NCBI GenBank assembly: GCA_024638505.1
Contig: JAHEKE010000006.1
Span: 35,902-99,901 of the forward strand
Length of the DNA: 64,000 bases
Reading direction: 5' to 3'
Origin: Gammaproteobacteria bacterium
Lineage (GTDB): Bacteria; Pseudomonadota; Gammaproteobacteria; Arenicellales; JAANXG01
The notes below the pieces were generated by a model. That model searched no databases. It was not told the DNA's origin and saw nothing but the letters and a program-made list of their open reading frames with translations. A program made the translations under genes and the position numbers. Below are positions 10,685 through 19,918 of the stretch, piece after piece. How positions within the stretch are numbered: the first letter of the stretch is position 1; every line of letters starts with the position of its first letter.

Positions 10685-12225
10685 ATAAGGATTTCACCAG
10701 CTGCTATGCGACCGTTAAGCGCTGGGCTTTATCCGCCCAGTCCGCCCAGTGGCTGGACGCGGCTGACATAGGGCTTCTCAACAGACTGGAGACCGAATCA
10801 GCAGATGATCTGTTCGCTGCGGAAAAAGTCAGGCCGCTGGTGGTTGGATTTTTTGGCGGCACCGGCGCAGGTAAAAGCAGCCTGTTGAATCGACTGGCTG
10901 GAGAGACGGTGGCCACGGTAGGCGTCAAACGTCCGACATCGATGCGGGCAACGCTTTATCTGCATCATTCACAGACCATAACCTCTCTACCTAAAGAAAG
11001 CCCTATTTTAGAGACCGACACTCACTATCATTCCATACCGGACAAAAGCCACATTGCCTGGTTGGATATGCCGGATATCGACAGCGTGGAGCAGGCCAAC
11101 AGAACCCTGGCTCTGGCCTGGTTGCCCTATATAGACTGGCTTATCTATGTCACCACCCCGGAACGGTACAGAGACGATGTCGGCTGGGAATTGATCAGGC
11201 AGCGACAGAACAAGCATCATTGGCTGTTTGTCATCAACCACTGGGATGAGGCTAAAGCTTCACAACTGGATGAGTTTTGCTCGGATCTTAAAAGCGCTGG
11301 ATTCAGTGACCCAAAGGTTCTCCGCACCAGCTGTATTGCAGAAACGGAGGATGACTTTGCGCAACTGGAGCGGATCATTAACCAGGCTATCGAGGAGCAC
11401 GGACTGGCTGAGCTGCAGCGCGTGGGCATCCTGGCCAAATTCGAAGAACTTGACGTTATTGTGTCTTCTTTCCTGAGCAGGATAGGCAGCGAAGAGCAGT
11501 GGCAGCGCGTGCAGACCGACATCGCGCGTAAAATTGCTCAGCGTCTACGACTGTTCAAAGATCGACTTAGCACGGAAATAGAGGCAGTTGTGCAGCATTA
11601 CCCCGAGGCGCCGCCGCTGTGGCGGACAGAACGCAGCGCGCACAGTTTTATCAAACCCGATGTAGAGCAATTGATCTGGTCAAGTTACTGCGACCACCTG
11701 CTTGCCAATATCACCCCAGATGCCGCTGTCAGCGTGGAAAACGAGGGTCTGGCAAGCCGGCCTCTTGTTTCGGTGTTAGACCAGAGCTTGTCTACGGCCA
11801 AAACGGTAGTATTGGATGAAATGAATGACGGTTTAAGACAGGCTTTGGCCAATCCTGAGACCGCTTTGCAACGGAGGTTACGCCAACTGATGCGGTTCAT
11901 GTCCTTCGCATTACCCGCGGGCACGGGCGTATGGGCTGCGTTCAACGTGCTGCGCCGGTATCAGCAGGGTCTGGCCGGAGATGAACCATTTCTTGGAATC
12001 AATTTTGCAGTGCACAGCTTGTTGCTAATCGGCCTGGCTTGGTTCATTCCTTTTCTATTAAACCGCTGGTTACGTCCATCGCTGAGGGACGCGGCCCGCC
12101 GCGGGCTGCGCGATGGGTTAGACCGGGCGGTCGATGCCCTGTCTTCTGGGTTGAATCAGGCCTGCGTCAGTCTGCAAAAAGACCGGCAGGACCAGGCGCT
12201 GGCTTTGCGCAAGGAGTACGGCTAG
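10681..12225 (+). CDS. P-loop GTPase-domain protein 2 (paralogous architecture, C-terminal membrane segments)
   Basis: The TTG start overlaps the upstream stop (TTGA, 10681-10684). G1 is GGTGAGKSSLLNRL, the G3-position motif is LDMPDIDS and the G4-position motif is VINHWD. C-terminal hydrophobic helices: FALPAGTGVWAAFNVL and INFAVHSLLLIGLAWFIPFLL. Confidence 0.7.
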   Translation: MNKDFTSCYATVKRWALSAQSAQWLDAADIGLLNRLETESADDLFAAEKVRPLVVGFFGGTGAGKSSLLNRLAGETVATVGVKRPTSMRATLYLHHSQTITSLPKESPILETDTHYHSIPDKSHIAWLDMPDIDSVEQANRTLALAWLPYIDWLIYVTTPERYRDDVGWELIRQRQNKHHWLFVINHWDEAKASQLDEFCSDLKSAGFSDPKVLRTSCIAETEDDFAQLERIINQAIEEHGLAELQRVGILAKFEELDVIVSSFLSRIGSEEQWQRVQTDIARKIAQRLRLFKDRLSTEIEAVVQHYPEAPPLWRTERSAHSFIKPDVEQLIWSSYCDHLLANITPDAAVSVENEGLASRPLVSVLDQSLSTAKTVVLDEMNDGLRQALANPETALQRRLRQLMRFMSFALPAGTGVWAAFNVLRRYQQGLAGDEPFLGINFAVHSLLLIGLAWFIPFLLNRWLRPSLRDAARRGLRDGLDRAVDALSSGLNQACVSLQKDRQDQALALRKEYG

Positions 12226-12439
12226 GGCGCAGCGCCGTACGAAGCACAGCCAAAGTAACCACGACGGGCAGTTTTTTCCAGGGCAAGCCGCCAGGCAGGC
12301 GGCTCATGCCGAAAATGGGCAACAGGCATTTTTTCACTTGCTGCTTAATACGCATTTGCAATATGTTCTCGTCGCGGGCGTGTTATTACGGCCACAAATC
12401 GTTGTTGCTATTGCGTACCTCACCGCAAGGAGTTAGATC

Positions 12440-12718
12440 ATGCTAAGTAATCAACGTTCGAAAAACGCGGCACTGCTACTGGTGATTATTCAGCTGTACC
12501 ACACGTTAATAGACAAAGGGGTCGTTTCTCACACTGATATCGCCAAGCCACTGGCTAAGGCCAGACATAATCTCAAGGGAGCAATGAATGACCCCGTGGT
12601 CGAGCAGCTGCTGGACAGCTTGTTGGACTATCTCGGTAACTATGATCCGCGTGACCCCGAGACACGCAGAAAGCAGTTCAAAATAATTGAGGGCGGGCTT
12701 TCAAGCGAAAAATGCTGA
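12440..12718 (+). CDS. Hypothetical small helical protein (92 aa)
   Basis: Strong SD (AAGGAG, 7 nt upstream of the ATG). No recognisable motif. Confidence 0.5.
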   Translation: MLSNQRSKNAALLLVIIQLYHTLIDKGVVSHTDIAKPLAKARHNLKGAMNDPVVEQLLDSLLDYLGNYDPRDPETRRKQFKIIEGGLSSEKC

Positions 12719-12801
12719 GCCTGTGCAAGACTCTTGTGGCGTCGAGCCGGGCCAAAGAAGTCGGTGATGCAAAGACTTGCCTGTCTGGCAGGTGCAAGAG
12801 A

Positions 12802-14628
12802 ATGACGTTGGGTCTCGCCGTAAGGCGCTGCGCCCGGATGCAGCTGCTGTTCGCCGCTTTAAGCATGCCCGGGACGGGTGCTTTCGCCAGCAGCGAATCC
12901 CCAGCGCTGCTGACCGATCCTTTTCTGCAGCTTCCCACTGAAAATGGTGTCCACGTAGTCTGGTTCACAGAGTGGCGTGGGAAGGATCACCGCGTCGTTT
13001 ACGGCACCGATTTCGCCCAAGTGGCCAGGGCGCATACGGTAAAGATGACTCGTCTGGCAGAGGATGGGCAATCCTGGGTCGGTAAGCAGAGCGCAGATGC
13101 AAGTGTTTATGACAGCTATGCGCCGCGAGATATATGGCGACATGAGGCTTACGCGGAGGGGCTGTCACCAGGGCAGCGTGTGCCTTATTTCGTCAGCAGC
13201 ACCGTCAAGCAGGGGGAGGTGGTAAACAGCGACCGCTTTACGCTTGCCCCGCTGCCGGCAAAAGGTCAAGCGCTTAAAATCTTGCTCACCAGTGACCACC
13301 AGTTAACCGCCATGACTACGGCTAATCTGCAGATGGTTGCGAGAGTCACTGGAGGCGTAGATGCCATTTTACTATCGGGTGACCTGCAAAACATGGCGGA
13401 CCGCGCTTCGGGTTGGTTCGATGACGCACGAGGTGGATCATTCTTTCCAGCGCTGCAGGGTAGGGCAAGCTTCGAACTTAAGGCAAAACGTATTGAGCAG
13501 GGTCAGACTGTGACATTGGCGCGGACGTACAACGGAGGTGAACTTATTCAGCACGCCCCACTCTTTCCAGTGATTGGGAATCATGACGTGATGGGCCGTT
13601 TTAATCCAGACGACAGCATCGCCACACAATTCGGCAATCCACAACCACGCGCTGTCGCGGAATCCCGCTATCAGCAGCTAGCCGAGCTGATTAATCCTTC
13701 CGGTAATCACGATCTGCGCCGCAGCTGGATTCAGGACAATTCATTCAATACCATAACTTACGAAGAAATCTTTACTCTACCCGCTGGCGCCCCCCAGGGT
13801 GAGCGCTACTATGCGCTAGAGTTTGGCGATTTGTATGTGATTGGTTTATTCACCACCCGTATCTGGCGACATCCGCACCTTAATCGGAAAAATCCGGGTA
13901 AGTACGATGAGCCCGCGGCGAGTATCGGCACCTCTGGCAGCTGGGGCTATGGTGACTTTATATTCGAAGATGTCGCTGTGGGTAGTGAGCAGCATGATTG
14001 GCTGCAGGGCATCCTGGCAAGCGAAAGATTCCAACGGGCGAAGCACCGCGTCGTTCTGATGCACCAGGGTCCGCATGGCTTGGGGCAGAATTACATTCCC
14101 GTATTCGCCCACCCCGTTCAGATTAAGGATAAAACGGATGCGGGTGATGTTGAATCAATACGTTACGAATATCCTTTGAAAAAAGATATCCTGGTCAATG
14201 ACGTGAGGCCCCTGCTGGAGCAATACCGCGTGCAGCTGGTGCTGCAGGGCCATAACCACGTCTGGTTTCGCTTGTATAAAGACGGCGTACACTACCTCGA
14301 AACTTCGAACGTAGGCAGCACCTTCGGCTGCTATGTGCCGGGCTATAAAACGCGGGCCTACTATCCCGACGATCCGCGTTTCGATGCGGGCAACTACGTG
14401 CTGGCGGGGGATCCCCATGGCCTGGCTGCAGATTATCCATCCGAGTTTTCACCACAAACCGATCAGGCGGGGAACGCACTGCCCTGCGTCAACAGCGACG
14501 AGATGACGGTTTTCAGCGTCCTGTACACGGATACGGGCTCGATAAAGAGCTACGTATTTGACACCCGCTACCCGGAATCGACGCCACGGATGTTCGATCA
14601 GTTTTTGCTTGGCAGCGGGTCTGATTGA
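12802..14628 (+). CDS. Secreted calcineurin-like metallophosphoesterase (purple-acid-phosphatase-like)
   Basis: Metallophosphoesterase blocks SDHQ, SGDLQN, GNHD, MHQGP and GHNH. An N-terminal signal-like sequence (MTLGLAVRRCARMQLLFAALSMPGTGAFA) precedes a PAP-type N-domain. I moved the start from 12712 to the ATG at 12802 because the longer ORF overlaps the upstream gene. Confidence 0.8.
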   Translation: MTLGLAVRRCARMQLLFAALSMPGTGAFASSESPALLTDPFLQLPTENGVHVVWFTEWRGKDHRVVYGTDFAQVARAHTVKMTRLAEDGQSWVGKQSADASVYDSYAPRDIWRHEAYAEGLSPGQRVPYFVSSTVKQGEVVNSDRFTLAPLPAKGQALKILLTSDHQLTAMTTANLQMVARVTGGVDAILLSGDLQNMADRASGWFDDARGGSFFPALQGRASFELKAKRIEQGQTVTLARTYNGGELIQHAPLFPVIGNHDVMGRFNPDDSIATQFGNPQPRAVAESRYQQLAELINPSGNHDLRRSWIQDNSFNTITYEEIFTLPAGAPQGERYYALEFGDLYVIGLFTTRIWRHPHLNRKNPGKYDEPAASIGTSGSWGYGDFIFEDVAVGSEQHDWLQGILASERFQRAKHRVVLMHQGPHGLGQNYIPVFAHPVQIKDKTDAGDVESIRYEYPLKKDILVNDVRPLLEQYRVQLVLQGHNHVWFRLYKDGVHYLETSNVGSTFGCYVPGYKTRAYYPDDPRFDAGNYVLAGDPHGLAADYPSEFSPQTDQAGNALPCVNSDEMTVFSVLYTDTGSIKSYVFDTRYPESTPRMFDQFLLGSGSD

Positions 14629-14661
14629 ATGCTGGACGTGAGGCGGGGTCAAGCACGGCGC

Positions 14662-15468
14662 TCAAGCCAGTGCCTCAACGCTGTCGCCGAGTCTGATCGT
14701 GCCTAGGCGCCGCGGAATCAGGTGGATGCCAAATGCCACGCCGCCGGCCGGGTGTCGGCGATAGGTAGATAACGTCCTTAGGGGTTCCTGACTTTTGTGT
14801 TTTATCTGCGTGTCCGGATCAATGGTGGTTAGCACGCATCGCTGGCAGCGTTGACCGACCTCGAATTCGCATTCACCAATCTGAACACTTTGCCAGTCAT
14901 CTTCGGCAAAAGCCTGGCTACCCTGGACTACCAGGTTTGGTCGAAAGTTTCGATAGGTGACGGGCTGCTCCAGGCGTGCGTTCAAATCCTCAAGCGAAGC
15001 TTCAGTCAGGAGCAGTATGGGACATTCGTCGGCGTAGGCAACAACATCCCCCTCCTTGCCGCCGTTTTCGAATAGAACATCACGATGGCAATGTGCGTCC
15101 ATATACACGAGTCGACAGGAAATGTGCAGGTAATCGGAAAACCACGTGTTGATCGCATCCGATAGAACGACCGCAGTGGCCGGGTTTTTAAACACCGTAA
15201 TACGAGTTACGTCAGTGTTGTCTGGGGAATAGGGAATATTGAGAACGGCTGCACCCTCGAACTCGAGGCTTAATCCATCGGAGGTAAACTCAGGTTTTAG
15301 CGCCAGGAGCTGAGGAAATTCCCTGGCGGTAATGACTTCATTGTCCGCGCCGATTAAAGCCCAGTGTCGGTCCTGCTCCAGGCCTTTTTGCGTCAACCGG
15401 CTGAAGCGCAGAGACACACCAGCCGCAGACTTCACGGGATAAGCGCATATATGACTGACTTTCATCAT
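14662..15468 (-). CDS. MOSC domain protein (YcbX-like)
   Basis: N-terminal MOSC_N beta-barrel pattern (YPVKSAAG) and a C-terminal MOSC domain with the conserved Cys (CQRCVLTTIDPDT). Confidence 0.85.
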   Translation of the reverse strand: MMKVSHICAYPVKSAAGVSLRFSRLTQKGLEQDRHWALIGADNEVITAREFPQLLALKPEFTSDGLSLEFEGAAVLNIPYSPDNTDVTRITVFKNPATAVVLSDAINTWFSDYLHISCRLVYMDAHCHRDVLFENGGKEGDVVAYADECPILLLTEASLEDLNARLEQPVTYRNFRPNLVVQGSQAFAEDDWQSVQIGECEFEVGQRCQRCVLTTIDPDTQIKHKSQEPLRTLSTYRRHPAGGVAFGIHLIPRRLGTIRLGDSVEALA

Positions 15469-15488
15469 GCAGGATCCAAACTCAATGA

Positions 15489-15797
15489 TTACAAAACAAT
15501 TTCATCTGGCGTGACCTCATTACGCATCTTAAGCGGAACGAATGTCTCCCAGGCAATTTCGAATATGAGCCATAACCCAGACAGTAAAAGAAAAACAATA
15601 GCATTGAATATTCCACTAAGCCATGCCAGTAAAAACAGGGCAGCCACCGCGGAAGTTGCGATATAGGGCAGGTTCTTATAGCGTGCGACTTCGTACTCAG
15701 TACCGCAGTAGGCGCACGCGGTTGGGCCGGTGATAACGATCTTACCGACCTTTATGCCCCTGTTATGACACTTGAGGCATCTACGCTTCATCTGCAC
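15489..15797 (-). CDS. Small zinc-ribbon membrane protein (hypothetical)
   Basis: CxxC...CxxC (CLKCH...CAYCG) followed by two predicted TM helices. Its start overlaps the 3' end of the upstream GNAT gene by 17 nt. Confidence 0.5.
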   Translation of the reverse strand: MQMKRRCLKCHNRGIKVGKIVITGPTACAYCGTEYEVARYKNLPYIATSAVAALFLLAWLSGIFNAIVFLLLSGLWLIFEIAWETFVPLKMRNEVTPDEIVL

Positions 15798-16500
15798 TGT
15801 TCTTTGGCATCAAGCTTGGCAGGGACTGCCGCTGCTGATCGCCCATGAAGTTATCGGATGCAAGCCATTTTTTATGGGCGTTTTTCACTGCCGGCCATTC
15901 AGCGTCGACTATTGAATACCACGCCGTGTCGCGATTGCGGCCTTTATACATGGTGGCTTGTCGAAATATCCCCTCGAAGGTAAATCCGAGTCTCAAAGCT
16001 GCTTTTCTGGAAGATGAGTTAAGTGCATCACACTTCCATTCGTATCGACGATATTTCAGGTCATCAAACACGTGGCGCATCATCAGATACATGGCCTCGG
16101 TTGACTTCGCTGTGTTTTGCATAAGCAGCGAATAGTTTATATTACCGACCTCGATGACGCCGTCTGATGCGCTGATGCGCAGGTAGCTGGCAACGCCCTC
16201 GGCGCGGCCTGAAACTTTGTCGAGCACAGCGTAAAACAGCGGATCGTCACCCTGGCAGCTGGCCCTGATCCATTGCCGGTACTCCTTGGCCGAATGAAAT
16301 GGGCCGTATGGCAGGTAAGTCCAGCCCCGGTTCTCAGTGTCCAGAGAGTAGGCGTTATATAAATCAGATGCGTGTACGCCTGGGTCAAGCCTTTCCAACC
16401 GACAACGTTCACCTGTTAGCGCGCTGCCGGTTGGGTAGGTGGCCGGCTTCCAGTTTTTAACCGGATACCCGATTGGCTGACCAAGCTCATTCTTCAACAT
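15781..16500 (-). CDS. GNAT family N-acetyltransferase (RimJ/RimL-like)
   Basis: 239 aa. An acetyl-CoA binding-like block (NSSSRKAALRLGF) and overall GNAT_3-like layout. Confidence 0.75.
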   Translation of the reverse strand: MLKNELGQPIGYPVKNWKPATYPTGSALTGERCRLERLDPGVHASDLYNAYSLDTENRGWTYLPYGPFHSAKEYRQWIRASCQGDDPLFYAVLDKVSGRAEGVASYLRISASDGVIEVGNINYSLLMQNTAKSTEAMYLMMRHVFDDLKYRRYEWKCDALNSSSRKAALRLGFTFEGIFRQATMYKGRNRDTAWYSIVDAEWPAVKNAHKKWLASDNFMGDQQRQSLPSLMPKNSADEA

Positions 16501-16521
16501 GTGCTGTGCGCGCGAGATCCA

Positions 16522-16932
16522 TTATTCAGCAGCATTGGGAATCGGACGAGGTCGCCCCACATCATCAATTGCCACATAAGTGAACTCAGCTTCCGTCACT
16601 TTAACCAGCTCTCGGGTAAACTCACCAATCATTCTGCGTTCAGCGAAAACTTCGAGGTAGACCGTGAGTGAAGTCTTGCCTACCCGGATAATGTTGCCGT
16701 AGACGCTGACCAGGTCACCGACGTACACCGGTTTTTTGAAAACAAAGCTGTCGACGGCCACGGTCGCCATGCGGCCCTTTATTCTCTGTACGGCAACCAC
16801 ACTACCGGCCAGGTCTACCTGCGACATGATCCATCCGCCAAAAATGTCGCCGTTCGGGTTCGTGTCCTGTGGCATCGGGATGATCCGTATAACCGGTTCC
16901 CGCGAGGGTAAGGTGGCGCGTTCGTCAGTCAT
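16522..16932 (-). CDS. Acyl-CoA thioesterase, hotdog fold (YciA-like)
   Basis: 136 aa. P.D.N..G.IFGG.IMS.D.A pattern typical of YciA/4HBT-type thioesterases. Confidence 0.85.
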   Translation of the reverse strand: MTDERATLPSREPVIRIIPMPQDTNPNGDIFGGWIMSQVDLAGSVVAVQRIKGRMATVAVDSFVFKKPVYVGDLVSVYGNIIRVGKTSLTVYLEVFAERRMIGEFTRELVKVTEAEFTYVAIDDVGRPRPIPNAAE

Positions 16933-16937
16933 GCCTG

Positions 16938-17642
16938 CTACCAGGTCTCGCCGTAAGGGCGGATATCCTGCTCAAAAGTCCACGCTGAGGACGGCTGCTG
17001 GCTTAACTGATAGACGGCAGATGCTATATGGTCGGGATTAAGAAAGAATTCATCCGGCTTGTCGGGCAGGCGCTGGCGGGTACGCGGAATGTTTATCACA
17101 CCATCGATTACTAAATAGGAAACGTGGATATTTTCCGGCCCCAGATATCGCGCAAGAGACTGTGCCAAATTGTATTGCGCGGCCTTGGCTGCTGCGAATG
17201 CGGCGAACTTGGCACCACCCCTCTTTGCTGCCGTCGCACCCATGACGATGATTTGCCCCCGGCCAGCGGCGCGCATATCGTCAACAACTGCTTTGACGCA
17301 GTGAAAAAAACCCATGGCATTAACTCGCCAGGTCTGTTCAAAAGACTGTGCGTCAATGTCATCAATTGTGCCAAAGACGCCGGAGCCGGCGTTGTATATC
17401 AATACGTCGATGCTACCTAATTCTGCACGAACGTTAGCAAAGGCGCGGTGGACAGAATCAACCTGGGTAACATCGCACTCCTGGGTGTGGGCTTGCGGTA
17501 GGGCGGCTTTCAGACTGTTCAGATTATCCGCGCTGCGCGCGAGGAGGGCGACATCATAGCCTTGTGCGGTGAATTTTCGACCGAGGGACAAGCCATTACC
17601 CGGACCCGCACCCACGACGACGCATGTTTTGCTTGCTGGCAT
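16938..17642 (-). CDS. Short-chain dehydrogenase/reductase (SDR)
   Basis: TGxxxGxG-like VVGAGPGNGLS, NAG motif (YNAGSG) and a catalytic YxxxK-like region (AAKAAQYNL). Confidence 0.85.
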   Translation of the reverse strand: MPASKTCVVVGAGPGNGLSLGRKFTAQGYDVALLARSADNLNSLKAALPQAHTQECDVTQVDSVHRAFANVRAELGSIDVLIYNAGSGVFGTIDDIDAQSFEQTWRVNAMGFFHCVKAVVDDMRAAGRGQIIVMGATAAKRGGAKFAAFAAAKAAQYNLAQSLARYLGPENIHVSYLVIDGVINIPRTRQRLPDKPDEFFLNPDHIASAVYQLSQQPSSAWTFEQDIRPYGETW

Positions 17643-17698
17643 AGGTATTCTCCCAGATACGCAACGTTGTAGTGCTGATTATGAAACAGAATAATAAC

Positions 17699-17715
17699 AG
17701 CTGAATTAATCAGCT
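17699..17715 (-). terminator. Possible weak intrinsic terminator of the channel operon
   Basis: Inverted repeat AGCTGA-attaa-TCAGCT spanning the channel stop codon. On the minus strand it is followed by a U-rich stretch (GUUAUUAUUCUGUUUC). Confidence 0.3.
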
Positions 17716-19377
17716 TACAGGAGAGGTATGGGCAGCGGGCTGGAATAAGCTGATGACACCGTCAAGGGCGTTGGCATTGCCGGTAACCCAGGTCAGGCGT
17801 TTTTCCGCTGACCTAGTGCCGGCGAAGAGTAAATGGTCGCCATGCTCGAGCTGCGTCGTTATCGCAGGGAGCATGGTTGTAACATGGTCCCGTTTCAGCA
17901 GCAGGGGCAGGCAGTTCTTGTTGGGGGCGTCCGGCGTGTGCTCCAGAATCATGCTCAGCGTAATGTGATCGCCTTTGAACAACGCTACGGCAAGGGCTGG
18001 AGCCTGTGATTTAGTTACAATCAGAGTCCACGTACGAGCCGTTTGTTCGGATACTGCGCTGATGCGGCTGGCTAAAACATTAGTCGATTCCTCGTCATTC
18101 TGTGGTAACTGCTGTAGGAACTCAGCCAGCAATGGTTTGGTAATGCGGGTGATAATCGTGCGCGCGATAATGTCACTGCGCTGCATAACCAGATTCACGT
18201 CAGCAGCCTGGAACAGCGCGTCATTCTCCTGGCGGTTCTGGCGGGCTACCACAAAAAGCTCAGCATTAAGTTCCCTCGCGGTCATGATGATAGACAGGTT
18301 ATTGGCATCATCGTCGGTACCGGCAATGATCCCCACAGCCTGTTCAACTCCTCCTTCGCGCAGTGTAACTGCCTCGGTGCCGCGTCCAAGTATCGTGTCT
18401 TCAGGAGCATGGGTTCGCTTTGGGTCTAGTTCGATAATTGTTGCCTCAACTCCCGCAAAGGCTAATATTTTTTGCACTGCTTTACCGAAGCGCCCATACC
18501 CGCAGAGAATCCAGCGCCCCTTGGGGGGGAAAAGAGGCTCGCTCATGGGTGTGTTGCTTGCACTGGTCAGCCACTGATGAATAACAAAGTTGGCCGGAGA
18601 GTGCAGCGCCATGGCCAGGCGGTCAGCAAAAATATCGAATGGATTGACGATTTCATCGGTGCCAAAAGATTCCATATTGATACCAACATCATGAATTTCT
18701 GACCGGCAGATTACGGGTAGGTGCGGCTGCAGAAGTTTGCTGCTGATCGCTACCTTTAAATTTACGTGATCAGAATTCGTCACCGCTATCACTCCCGCGC
18801 AGCGTGAATGATTGAGGCCGGCTGCTATCAGGTTGTTCGGATGGTTGACATTTGCACGCAACCCGGGAACGTACAGCGTAAGGTCGGCCAGTTCCAGATT
18901 GTTGATTTGTTCTTGATCATTGTCGATGACAACCGTGCGGGTGTTATGCTGGATGAATCCTCGCACCAGTAGGCGTCCGGTGTCACCGTATCCGCAGATA
19001 ATGTAAAACGGTCCGTCGATTCTACGTACGGCGTTTTCGAAAGTTCCATAGGTTACTGCTTGTCTGAATGCGGGTTCTTGCGCCAGGGTGATGGCGCGTC
19101 CGATAGTGTACAGCCAGGCCACAACCGAAAAGTAAATGCATACCAGTACCCATAGCCGCTGCCCCTCGGTAAAGGGGTAGGGTATTTCGCCAAAGCCTAT
19201 GGTTGAACCCATAAAACTGACGAAGTAAAACGCATGTAAAAAATCCATACGCCAGGGATTACCGTTGCTGTCTACACCCGGTATCAGAGTTAAACCGAAC
19301 ACTGCAATAGCGTATACGCTGATCAACGTGATTAGCGGCCCACGAAGCCGTCTGAGAGCGAGGAAAAAGACGGGCAT
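17710..19377 (-). CDS. 2-TM potassium channel with two RCK/TrkA-N domains
   Basis: Two TM helices flank a pore helix and filter (GSTIGFGE). Two Rossmann GxGxxG boxes (IICGYGDTGRLL, ILCGYGRFGKAV). Confidence 0.85.
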   Translation of the reverse strand: MPVFFLALRRLRGPLITLISVYAIAVFGLTLIPGVDSNGNPWRMDFLHAFYFVSFMGSTIGFGEIPYPFTEGQRLWVLVCIYFSVVAWLYTIGRAITLAQEPAFRQAVTYGTFENAVRRIDGPFYIICGYGDTGRLLVRGFIQHNTRTVVIDNDQEQINNLELADLTLYVPGLRANVNHPNNLIAAGLNHSRCAGVIAVTNSDHVNLKVAISSKLLQPHLPVICRSEIHDVGINMESFGTDEIVNPFDIFADRLAMALHSPANFVIHQWLTSASNTPMSEPLFPPKGRWILCGYGRFGKAVQKILAFAGVEATIIELDPKRTHAPEDTILGRGTEAVTLREGGVEQAVGIIAGTDDDANNLSIIMTARELNAELFVVARQNRQENDALFQAADVNLVMQRSDIIARTIITRITKPLLAEFLQQLPQNDEESTNVLASRISAVSEQTARTWTLIVTKSQAPALAVALFKGDHITLSMILEHTPDAPNKNCLPLLLKRDHVTTMLPAITTQLEHGDHLLFAGTRSAEKRLTWVTGNANALDGVISLFQPAAHTSPVS

Positions 19378-19760
19378 CAGCGGCGGGCCTGGACCGTCTC
19401 CGTTATCAACAGCACAACTGAAATGAGGTTGGCGATAAGAGCGCCGCCCGAGAAAGATACAATGGTAGCCATGATTGCACCCTGTAGATTTAATTCAAGC
19501 ACGTGTTCGGCCACGCCCCACAATACGGCTGCTGAGATTAACTGCAAATCTGCAACGAGGCTCGCTGCTAAAAGAACTGCGCCCAGGTGACTGCGGTCGC
19601 CAAACTTCATGATGGTTGCGATTAAGCTCACAACAATAGCGGTGAAGAGTTCATATACGTGGTGATGCTCAGGGTTATCAATCTCTCCGATAAAGAAGCT
19701 GAAATTCAGGGTCAGAGCGAGCATAATGAAAAAAGCGAACAACACTTTTTGCAAGTTCAT
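19377..19760 (-). CDS. Small 4-TM membrane protein, translationally coupled to the K+ channel
   Basis: Start set at the ATG at 19760 (SD AAGGAG 9 nt upstream) rather than the ORF-track start at 19799. Its TGA stop overlaps the channel ATG (ATGA at 19375-19379). Confidence 0.6.
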   Translation of the reverse strand: MNLQKVLFAFFIMLALTLNFSFFIGEIDNPEHHHVYELFTAIVVSLIATIMKFGDRSHLGAVLLAASLVADLQLISAAVLWGVAEHVLELNLQGAIMATIVSFSGGALIANLISVVLLITETVQARR

Positions 19761-19918
19761 TGTTAATAGTCTCCTTGCGTTAATGATCTCTTCTGCCAAG
19801 ATAAATTTTGCCAGTAATCAAGATCAGACTCCAAGCGGTATGTGCTTTCATGTAACAACGGTATGTGGGTTGGAACAAGCACTACGCAGTTGTCATCTCA
19901 TCTAACGTGCAATTGCAA

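Noticed and set aside
10732-10749. Tandem 9-bp duplication TCCGCCCAG x2 inside GTPase gene 2 (encodes SAQSAQ)
   Set aside because: It has only two copies, is in-frame, and shows no sign of a larger repeat family. It is probably a trivial local duplication.
12712-12801. 5' extensions of ORF-track calls (12712, 35992, 50601, 54049, 19799, 19865, 39369)
   Set aside because: The extended N-termini overlap neighbouring genes or precede obvious signal peptides and conserved N-termini. Internal ATGs with better context were chosen. True starts remain unverified.
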